Below are positions 39,145 through 47,205 of a stretch of DNA of 64,000 nucleotides, in pieces (within the stretch, counting starts at the first letter, position 1; the number at the start of each line of letters is the position of its first letter). The DNA is from a virus: the IMG/VR virus record IMGVR_UViG_3300042914_002167. One strand, given 5' to 3'. The notes under the pieces are model-generated. The model did no database searches. It had not been told where the DNA came from and saw only the letters and a list, made by a program, of their open reading frames with translations. A program made the translations under genes and the position numbers.

Positions 39145-39512
39145 TCTACACCAGCACACGATCCAAAAAGCGCAACTCTAAGACTAAAAAAGAGATCGCA
39201 GAGTACGAAGCATGGCTAGCTAGCGTCAACTCCATGTCCTCTGGCTTGTCTTCGCGCAAGTATGGCGGTTCAGTAGTAGCAAAGCCTAAGAAGGCAGAAC
39301 ATGTAGTCGCAGAAAAGCGAAAGGCTACATACGTCACTGGTGTATGCACCACCGGTGGCATCATGAAAGACTACCACAGACTCAGCAAGTCTGACAGGGA
39401 GATTGTAGACAATCTAGCGATGAGTGTCGCGCCTCTGCACAAAAGCAACTATGTCTATGTCTCAGAGGGTATGAATCCCGCAAGCCTTGGTCGCAAAAAC
39501 GAAGTTCTGTGA
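39141..39512 (+). CDS. Conserved basic hypothetical protein
   Basis: MIYT...APLHKSNYVYV. Confidence 0.6.
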   Translation: MIYTSTRSKKRNSKTKKEIAEYEAWLASVNSMSSGLSSRKYGGSVVAKPKKAEHVVAEKRKATYVTGVCTTGGIMKDYHRLSKSDREIVDNLAMSVAPLHKSNYVYVSEGMNPASLGRKNEVL

Positions 39513-39524
39513 TAACCTAGTTCT

Positions 39525-39556
39525 TATAAATAGCCTGTCAGCACGACAGGCTATTT
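39525..39556 (+). promoter_or_regulatory. Late promoter overlapping a hairpin
   Basis: TATAAATA at 39525 overlaps AAATAGCCTGTC-AGCAC-GACAGGCTATTT. Confidence 0.7.
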
Positions 39557-39573
39557 TGTTTATAGGGGCGCAG

Positions 39574-40560
39574 ATGGCAAATCTATCGGTAGGCGAAATA
39601 CAAAAGAGAGCAGGTAGAATAGAGACTTTGCTTAGAAAACTCGCCAATGGAGAATCGTTTGAGACTACACGCGGGCAGTTTGCCGCTAATCAACTTTATC
39701 ACTACAAGAAAAAAGTTCTAATTGGAGTTTATTCACCTAATGATAAGAAGCAATTTGATGCTGCACAAAAAGCATTGAATAGTGCGGGTGTTGGTGATGA
39801 ATTTTACATCGGCGTTCAGTTTTCAAAGACACACGGTGTTCCACTAACGCAACTTGTAAAGAATGTTGAGTTTGGAGGTAAAGGTAGTGGCGGCTCTCTT
39901 CAGGCGGAAACCGTAGCGATCAAACAATTACAAGAAGCGATAGATGAAGCTATCAAGCAAAACAAAGGTCCTATTGCAGTAAAAGCGGCAGGCAAAGTAC
40001 ACAAGAACATTGTTGGTGTTGAGAAGACTAACGGAACCCCAAAGTCAGATTTTCATCTTATAGATAACACGGGCGCAGCAGTCATCTGGATCAGCCACAA
40101 AGACGGTAGAGGACCAAAAGACTTCCAGCAGTGGGGTGGAATTTCACAAAGGTCTGAACCAACAATCTTCAATCATCATGAGACACAGACATTCATAAAT
40201 GACCTGAAGAAGTTCTACCCAAACGGGCTCCCTCCAGCAACGACACTCTATAGAAAAATTGCAGACAAGGGATTGAAGATGTTGAGTGTGTATGGTAATC
40301 AGTATCCTTCTGGTAGACTTGGTGAGCAGAACGTAAGCGTCCTTCTGCAAGGACCACCTGGTGTAAAGAAGGCGGGAATGCAATACGAACTAACAGCAAA
40401 CCACGTACACTACAACGGAGACTCAGTTGATGACGGTGGTTTTGAACCAGTCCTGATGGCCATCTACAAAGGCGATAGATCGGATGCTGGTATAAAAGGA
40501 ACAAGAATCGTTATCTCTCCTATCATGGGGCGTAAAGGAACGGAGTGGCCTTCACCGTGA
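39574..40560 (+). CDS. PD-(D/E)xK-like nuclease-fold protein
   Basis: E...TPKSDF...WISHK...FQQWGG. Confidence 0.5.
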   Translation: MANLSVGEIQKRAGRIETLLRKLANGESFETTRGQFAANQLYHYKKKVLIGVYSPNDKKQFDAAQKALNSAGVGDEFYIGVQFSKTHGVPLTQLVKNVEFGGKGSGGSLQAETVAIKQLQEAIDEAIKQNKGPIAVKAAGKVHKNIVGVEKTNGTPKSDFHLIDNTGAAVIWISHKDGRGPKDFQQWGGISQRSEPTIFNHHETQTFINDLKKFYPNGLPPATTLYRKIADKGLKMLSVYGNQYPSGRLGEQNVSVLLQGPPGVKKAGMQYELTANHVHYNGDSVDDGGFEPVLMAIYKGDRSDAGIKGTRIVISPIMGRKGTEWPSP

Positions 40561-41138
40561 AATCATTCAAAGAATACATAGCAGAAGCGAAAGGAGACTT
40601 ATCTACTACAGAGAAGGCTCTTTTGGACAAATACAATGAAAACAAAAAAATGTATGGTCATACTCATATTCCTATTCAGGGTAAGCGTGAGCATGATGCA
40701 GCTAAGAAATTAGTTGCGAAGGGTCATGCGAAAGAGTATAAAAACATGAGTGGGTTGTCTAAGGGTGAATACAAGATAAGCCCATTTACTCGTAAGGCAT
40801 ACACCACTAAAGATTTGTTTGTATACGGCGGAGAACTGGTGTTCGAACCCACTGTTGGAGACATTACATCTGAGTTCATCAATAGATACAAAGATGATCC
40901 TAAGGGCGTATACAATCAAGCTAAAGCGGCATACTTAGACGCAGTAAGTGCAGCAAAGTCTCATTCCGTGAAAGCTGCGGAACTGCACAAGTCACACGAA
41001 ACTATGTCCAAAATAGAATTTCAAAATTCTGTGATGAAGCACTTCGGTAAACATCTGAAGAAGTATGGATTTCCAAAACATGCATCTAAGGGATGGGGAG
41101 ATGCGGAGCATGATCTTCTAAAAGAACTATCAAAATGA
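40557..41138 (+). CDS. Putative internal (capsid-packaged) protein
   Basis: GTG start, MKSFKEYIAEA, basic protein. Confidence 0.6.
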   Translation: MKSFKEYIAEAKGDLSTTEKALLDKYNENKKMYGHTHIPIQGKREHDAAKKLVAKGHAKEYKNMSGLSKGEYKISPFTRKAYTTKDLFVYGGELVFEPTVGDITSEFINRYKDDPKGVYNQAKAAYLDAVSAAKSHSVKAAELHKSHETMSKIEFQNSVMKHFGKHLKKYGFPKHASKGWGDAEHDLLKELSK

Positions 41139-42364
41139 AATCATTCAAAGAACACATAAGTGAAGAGAAAAATCTTCACATGGAACACGGTGAAGACCTT
41201 GTTCTAAATGCAGGAGTCAAAGGCACACGCGAGGTGATCAATTCACTCCGTGCAGTTCGCGATATGCTGGCTGGTAACTCAACAAAGAAAGTTGATGTGA
41301 CAGTCAAGTGGGATGGTGCACCTGCTATCTTCGCTGGGCAAGATCCAAGAGATGGAAAGTTCTTCATCGCAAAGAAGGGTATCTTCAACAAGAATCCTAA
41401 GCTATACAAAACGAATGCTGAGATTGACGCAGACACATCTGGTGATCTTGCAGACAAACTAAAAGCATGTCTCCGATACCTACCTGAACTAGGCATCAAA
41501 GGAGTTGTGCAAGGTGATTTGCTATACACTAGAGAAGACATCAAAGATGCTACTATTGATGATGTGGAGTACATCACATTCCATCCAAACACCATCGTAT
41601 ACGCAGTGCCTAAAGCTAGTGATCTCGCTAAGAGAATTCTGTCAAGCAAGATTGGTCTTGCATGGCACACAATCTACGAAGGCGACTCTCTAGAAACAAT
41701 GAAGGCTGTGTTCGGAAAGAACATCGTTGGATCATTCAGTGCATCTAGAAACGTATGGTCAACCGACGTTGACTACAAAGACGTATCTGGCAAAGCAACA
41801 ATGACTGCTGAAGAGACTGCACAAGTCACCGAGTTGCTATCTCAAGCAGGAAAGTTGTTCTACAAACTTGACGCAAAGATTCTGAATGGCATCTCAGATG
41901 ACGAAGAACTCCTGATGCGAATCAAGACATTCAACAACATGAAGGTTCGCGCACAACAAAGAATCACGAATGTTGCAGCACACGTATCTGGATTGATTGA
42001 GTACATGAACGGCATCTACTCAAAAGAAGAACAAGAAAAGAAGACAGAAAAAGGCAAGTCTGCTGTTCAACAGAGAGCAAAGAAAGTCTTGTCATTCTTC
42101 AATCCAAAGAGCAAGAAGCAACTAGAGAATATCTTCACGATGATGAATCTTCTAGTTGACGCAAAGCAGATGTTGATAGATAAGTTGAACGAAGTCAAAA
42201 AGCTGGACACATTCTTGTTGACTAAGAACGGATACAAAGTCACTGGCGTAGAAGGCTACGTAGCAATTGACAAGCTATCCGGTAACGCTGTAAAATTGGT
42301 GGACAGAATGACGTTTAGTTACGCAAACTTCTCACCTGACGTAATCAAGGGATGGGAGAGATGA
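41135..42364 (+). CDS. Ligase-fold nucleotidyltransferase (DUF6267-like) with capsid-targeting N-terminus
   Basis: MKSFKEHISEE; KWDG, QGDL, EGYV, VKLVDR. Confidence 0.65.
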   Translation: MKSFKEHISEEKNLHMEHGEDLVLNAGVKGTREVINSLRAVRDMLAGNSTKKVDVTVKWDGAPAIFAGQDPRDGKFFIAKKGIFNKNPKLYKTNAEIDADTSGDLADKLKACLRYLPELGIKGVVQGDLLYTREDIKDATIDDVEYITFHPNTIVYAVPKASDLAKRILSSKIGLAWHTIYEGDSLETMKAVFGKNIVGSFSASRNVWSTDVDYKDVSGKATMTAEETAQVTELLSQAGKLFYKLDAKILNGISDDEELLMRIKTFNNMKVRAQQRITNVAAHVSGLIEYMNGIYSKEEQEKKTEKGKSAVQQRAKKVLSFFNPKSKKQLENIFTMMNLLVDAKQMLIDKLNEVKKLDTFLLTKNGYKVTGVEGYVAIDKLSGNAVKLVDRMTFSYANFSPDVIKGWER

Positions 42365-43666
42365 ATGGCACAATTTAATAAAAATACACACACATACTTA
42401 GATCAAGCAAAGACACTCTTTGAAGTAGTCATGCTGGCTGACCAGTATGGTAACAGAGTCGGTCCTGCTAATCCAACTGGTGTTGCAGTTGATGCATTTG
42501 GTAGAGGCAGAACATCATCTCCACTAACTCTGTTTGATTCTTCCCACAGATACAAAGACAACGGATTGTGGTCAACAGCAAACACAGCAAACACCACGAT
42601 TGTGTTTTCACCCAACGAGGGGCTTATCAATCTCACATTGACAAACGGCACTGCAAATGCAGAGATTGTTCGTGAAACAACAAAGGTGATGTCATATCAA
42701 CCAGGCAAGTCTTTGCTCTCAATGAACACGTTTGTAATGTCTCCAGCCAAGACAAATCTAAGGCAAAGAATCGGTTATTTCGGCGCAAACAACGGAGTAT
42801 TCCTAGAGCAATCAGGAAACACTGTAAGTTTCGTTGAACGTTCGATTGTCAGTGGTGCAGTAGTTGACACGCCAGTTACACAAGCAAACTGGAATCTAGA
42901 TCCACTAGACGGCACAGGACCATCTAAGTTGACATTGAATCTCGCACAAGCGCAGATTTTCTGGGCTGATATTGAGTGGCTAGGAGTTGGATCGGTGAGA
43001 TGCGGATTCGTCATCAACGGGCAGTTGATTCACTGCCACTCATTCCATCATGCAAACATACTGTCTTCAACATACATCACAACAGCATCATTGCCGGTGC
43101 GTTATGAGATAAAGAACACAGGAACAGTCTCTGGTGGATCAACACTAAAGCAAATCTGTTCTACTGTAATCTCTGAAGGTGGATATGAACTTCGTGGTGA
43201 TCAGAGGGCAGTTGGCACACCAGTCCAAACACCAAAGTCATTGGCGACAGCGGGTACGTACTATCCAGTTGTATCTCTTCAGTTGAAAGCTGCTAATCTA
43301 GACGGAATTGCAATCCTTACTGCGTTATCTATTCTTGGAATAAACTCAAATCCCACAAGTATAGCATGGAGAGTTATTAGAGGCGGAACATTGAACTCTC
43401 CGTCATGGAGCCCATCAGATGGTTCTGTTGAGTATGATCTATCTGCAACAGGCATATCAGGTGGTCAAGTTATGGCTCAGGGATATGTTGGTATCACGAA
43501 CCAATCATCACAGACAATTGATGTTCTGAAAGAAGCATTGTTCAAGTTTCAATTGCAACGTAATGGATTGACTGGTACTCCAGAACCCATTACACTAGCA
43601 CTCGCTGCATCCGTGAACAATGTACAATGTCTAGGTTCTATGGATTGGGAAGAGATATCTAGATAA
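42365..43666 (+). CDS. Beta-rich virion structural protein
   Basis: DAFGR..S.P.TLFDS, YQPGKS, EWLGVGSVRCGF. Confidence 0.6.
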   Translation: MAQFNKNTHTYLDQAKTLFEVVMLADQYGNRVGPANPTGVAVDAFGRGRTSSPLTLFDSSHRYKDNGLWSTANTANTTIVFSPNEGLINLTLTNGTANAEIVRETTKVMSYQPGKSLLSMNTFVMSPAKTNLRQRIGYFGANNGVFLEQSGNTVSFVERSIVSGAVVDTPVTQANWNLDPLDGTGPSKLTLNLAQAQIFWADIEWLGVGSVRCGFVINGQLIHCHSFHHANILSSTYITTASLPVRYEIKNTGTVSGGSTLKQICSTVISEGGYELRGDQRAVGTPVQTPKSLATAGTYYPVVSLQLKAANLDGIAILTALSILGINSNPTSIAWRVIRGGTLNSPSWSPSDGSVEYDLSATGISGGQVMAQGYVGITNQSSQTIDVLKEALFKFQLQRNGLTGTPEPITLALAASVNNVQCLGSMDWEEISR

Positions 43667-43682
43667 GATTATTCATTGTCAT

Positions 43683-43723
43683 AGGGTACACAGTAATGTA
43701 ACATAGTGTCAAGTCAAAGTCAA
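43683..43723 (-). promoter_or_regulatory. Antisense sigma70-like promoter, copy 2
   Basis: Minus strand reads TTGACT-17-TACATT followed by ACTGTGTACCCT, as in copy 1. Confidence 0.6.
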
Positions 43724-43739
43724 GCAAAGAATCGGTAAT

Positions 43740-43747
43740 TATAAATA
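43740..43747 (+). promoter_or_regulatory. T4-type late promoter
   Basis: TATAAATA. Confidence 0.8.
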
Positions 43748-43807
43748 GAATATCAGCAGTTAGGTTAAGGCAAACCTGCTAGGATAAGCCCAAGGGAACC
43801 TCCAAGC

Positions 43808-46102
43808 ATGAAAAAATTCAAAACACATCTCACTGAAGCGAAAAAGTCTACCGTTGTGGTGTCATTCGGAAGAATGAATCCGATGACAAACGGGCACGAA
43901 AAACTCGCAAACAAACTCAAGTCAGAAGCTGCATCGCGTAGCGCAGACGCAAAGTTATATCTCTCACATTCCACTAATCCCAAAAAAGATCCTCTGTCGT
44001 TTGACGCTAAAGTCAAATTCGCAAAGAAGGCTTTTGGTCCAATGGTGCAGAACTCAGTAGCACGAACTATCATTGAAGTTGCTAAAGAGTTGACTGGTAA
44101 GTATTCCAATCTTGTGGTTGTTGTTGGCAGTGATCGTGTTCCAGAATTCAGAACATTGCTTGAGAAATACAACGGCAAAGACTTCACATTTGATTCCATT
44201 GAAATTGTATCCGCCGGAGAAAGAGATCCAGACGCAGAGGGCGTAGAGGGTATGTCTGGATCAAAGATGCGCAAGTTTGCAGCAGATGAAGACTTTGCGA
44301 ACTTCAAACAGGGTGTTCCATCTAAGTTGTCTGACTCAGACGCAAAAGAACTCTATAACGCAGTGAGAAAGGGCATGAAGTTGGACGAAAGCGTTGAACT
44401 GGAAGAGGGCGAACAGACTACAGCAGACTACAAAGTAAGCAAGAGTGGTAAGAAGTATCCTGCACACAGAATCGTCTTGGGAAAGAAAAGAAAAGAAGAT
44501 GATGAAGAGTCTGAAGAAGACGATAAGGAAGATGTGAAAGAAGCAGTTCTCAACTACTCTCAGCGTATGATGAGAGCGACAAGATTCAAGCGTCTCCAGA
44601 AGAGAGTGCAAAGAGCAAGAACCCTTGCAATGAGAAGATATGCAAATCCTGAGCGTTTGAAACAACGATCTCTGAAGATGGCAAGAAACTTCTTGAGAAT
44701 GCACATGGCTGGAGGCAAACAGTATTCCAATCTTTCCACTGGTGAAAAGATTTCAGTAGACACAAGAATGCAGAGACTTGCGCCTGTGATCAAGAAACTG
44801 GCCGCACGACTAATGCCAACTGTCAGACAAAAAGAAACACTGCGTCATGTCGTTGGTTCATCCGTCAAAGAAGAAACTCAAATCAATGAACTGGCGTATC
44901 AAGGAAACATCGGTGCAATGGAAATGTTTGCTTTCTTCCAGAAGGCAACAGATGAACAAAAGAAACAGATGAAAGCGTTGATTGGTGCAGGTAAAGATAG
45001 AGAAGCATGGAAGTTGATTCACAAAGTCACGGGTGTCAAGTTGGTTGGTCCTCAGTTTGAACAGTATCTGATGGAGCAAGAAGAAGAGGAAGAAGACGAA
45101 ACTGAGATTGATGGTCTAGAGATGATCCAGATTGAACTTCGCGCAATGATTGAAGATGCGAGAAGTTTGCTAGTGACAATTAGTAATATGGAAGAAGAGC
45201 CAGAAGCATGGGTTCAATCTAAAGTCAGTCTCGCCACAGATTACATTGCAAGCGTCAAAGATTATCTTGAGTTCTCTGATGATGATGATGAAGAAGAAGA
45301 TGATGACGAAAGCGAAGATGATTACGCAGACGCTGAAGATGCAATGTATGGAATGGAAACAGAGGGATTTGAGTCTGATCTAGAACATATCGTAGAAACG
45401 CTAAACGCACTTCACAAGAAATCCGAAAAGAGTGGAATTGACTATTCAACTATCCGAGAAGTATACTTGAGGGGTCTTCAATCATATGATGAATCTGCAT
45501 CAATGACTCCACAACAATGGGCATTTGCTAGAGTCAATTCATTCGTCAGTGGCGGTGCTACAATCAAGCACGATGATGCTGATTTATGGGAGTCTGTTCA
45601 GAGAAACAATAAGTTCTCACAGTTTGCAGAGGGTGTTCTTGAGTACGGCACAGATGCAGCTAGATTAGCCTATGCTAGAGCAACACCCGGGCAGAGCCAA
45701 GAAATCACGATGGCTAGATACTCAGCAGATAAAGCACTAGAAGCAATCAACAGTGCAAATCTTCAGAGAGCATTCAAGTTGTACAGCGAAGAAGCGTGTT
45801 GCGATGAGTGTCAAGATGAAATCGTTGAAGAAGTAGATTGGGATCTAGTTCTTCACGAAGCGCAGTATCAGGGCAAAGACGTTACGCTAAACAAGCCATT
45901 CTACACACCAGATGGACCAAAGAAGTCTGCGGTGTACACAATGGGACCAAACGATAAAGTTGTGATTGTTCGTTTCGGTGATCCTAATATGGAAATCAAA
46001 AAAGACAATCCAGAGAGAAGAAAGAGTTTCCGTGCAAGACATAATTGCGACGAACCAGGACCAAAGTGGAAAGCAAAATACTGGTCTTGCGCAGCATGGT
46101 AA
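43808..46102 (+). CDS. HxGH nucleotidyltransferase fused to multiple small modules (polyprotein-like)
   Basis: MKKFKTHLTEA; FGRMNPMTNGH, VVGSDR, SAGERDPD, MSGSKMR; linkers ESVELEE, QINE, VLHE; C-terminal RKSFRARHNC..YWSC. Confidence 0.75.
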   Translation: MKKFKTHLTEAKKSTVVVSFGRMNPMTNGHEKLANKLKSEAASRSADAKLYLSHSTNPKKDPLSFDAKVKFAKKAFGPMVQNSVARTIIEVAKELTGKYSNLVVVVGSDRVPEFRTLLEKYNGKDFTFDSIEIVSAGERDPDAEGVEGMSGSKMRKFAADEDFANFKQGVPSKLSDSDAKELYNAVRKGMKLDESVELEEGEQTTADYKVSKSGKKYPAHRIVLGKKRKEDDEESEEDDKEDVKEAVLNYSQRMMRATRFKRLQKRVQRARTLAMRRYANPERLKQRSLKMARNFLRMHMAGGKQYSNLSTGEKISVDTRMQRLAPVIKKLAARLMPTVRQKETLRHVVGSSVKEETQINELAYQGNIGAMEMFAFFQKATDEQKKQMKALIGAGKDREAWKLIHKVTGVKLVGPQFEQYLMEQEEEEEDETEIDGLEMIQIELRAMIEDARSLLVTISNMEEEPEAWVQSKVSLATDYIASVKDYLEFSDDDDEEEDDDESEDDYADAEDAMYGMETEGFESDLEHIVETLNALHKKSEKSGIDYSTIREVYLRGLQSYDESASMTPQQWAFARVNSFVSGGATIKHDDADLWESVQRNNKFSQFAEGVLEYGTDAARLAYARATPGQSQEITMARYSADKALEAINSANLQRAFKLYSEEACCDECQDEIVEEVDWDLVLHEAQYQGKDVTLNKPFYTPDGPKKSAVYTMGPNDKVVIVRFGDPNMEIKKDNPERRKSFRARHNCDEPGPKWKAKYWSCAAW

Positions 46103-46134
46103 AGAACAACACATACAATCAAGGAGATATCAAC

Positions 46135-47202
46135 ATGTCACTAGCAAACAAATTTGGAATTCCACAGGGTCTTCTGGACGCATCAAAAGCAGCCTTGGAT
46201 GAAGCGAATGAGTATCAGAAGAAAGTTCAAGCACACATGGCAAAAAAAGGCATCAAGTCAATGAGCGATATGACTGCTGACCAGAAGAAGAAGTTCTTCA
46301 ATGAACTAGATGCCATGCACACAGCAAAGCATGAAGAAGTTGAATCTGTCGAAGAGGAACTAAAGGGCGATATGCACCCAGGAGCAAAAAAGGTTCTAAA
46401 GCACATCAAGCCAGAGCATCAAGACAAGTACAAGCCTTACCTAAAGAAGGGCGTATACAGGGGCGACTATAAGGATCGTGCTGCTGTATTGAGTGCCGCT
46501 GAGAGAGCGAAGCATACCAATGAAGAGTATTTTGCCGAGGAAGAAGAACTTGAAGAATTGGCAATCTCACCTGCCGCAAGAAGAGATGCTTACGAAAGAC
46601 AAGCGGATTATCATCGCTCGCGTGATGAAGATGATGTTTCACCAAGCGCAGATTTGCACAAGCACAAGTTGAAGACTCTACATCGCGCACACGAACTCCA
46701 TTCAATGCATCAAGGTACTGCCGACACTAGCAATAAAGATGAAAAGTCTGACTTCCATAATGCGACAAAAACAATGCGCAGAATTGAAAAGCATGTTGCT
46801 GCAAAGTACGGTAAAAAAGAAGCGGGTAGACTACAAAGAGGAGACTATAGAGAAGAAGTCTCTCTAGATGACTTTTCCCCTAAAGACATTGAATCCTTCA
46901 TGCAGACTGAAGACTACAATCAATTGGATGAGTTGAGCAAGAACACACTAGCGAGTTACATCAAAAAGCGCAGTCATGATGTTGCTGCAATGGGCGCAGT
47001 CACACGCAAACACGCTATGGACTCTGAGGCTGCTAGAAAAGATCAGAACTACTCCCAAGCAAAAAAGAGTAACGACAAATCAAACAGAGCCTTCATGAAG
47101 GGTTGGAAGCACCGTGAAAATATCGGTAAGGCTGTAGACAAACTGACCAAAGAAGAGTTTGAATTCATTGAGTCTTTGAACGCAGGAACTGCTAAGGAAT
47201 AA
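46135..47202 (+). CDS. Modular basic internal-protein-like polyprotein
   Basis: SD AAGGAG; linkers ALDE, EEVESVEE, EEELEE, QLDE-LSKNTLASYIKK. Confidence 0.6.
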   Translation: MSLANKFGIPQGLLDASKAALDEANEYQKKVQAHMAKKGIKSMSDMTADQKKKFFNELDAMHTAKHEEVESVEEELKGDMHPGAKKVLKHIKPEHQDKYKPYLKKGVYRGDYKDRAAVLSAAERAKHTNEEYFAEEEELEELAISPAARRDAYERQADYHRSRDEDDVSPSADLHKHKLKTLHRAHELHSMHQGTADTSNKDEKSDFHNATKTMRRIEKHVAAKYGKKEAGRLQRGDYREEVSLDDFSPKDIESFMQTEDYNQLDELSKNTLASYIKKRSHDVAAMGAVTRKHAMDSEAARKDQNYSQAKKSNDKSNRAFMKGWKHRENIGKAVDKLTKEEFEFIESLNAGTAKE

Positions 47203-47205
47203 AAC

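Noticed and set aside
43765-43780. GGCAAACC as a c-di-GMP-I riboswitch
   Set aside because: The rest of the GEMM architecture (GNRA stem, receptor hairpin) is absent.
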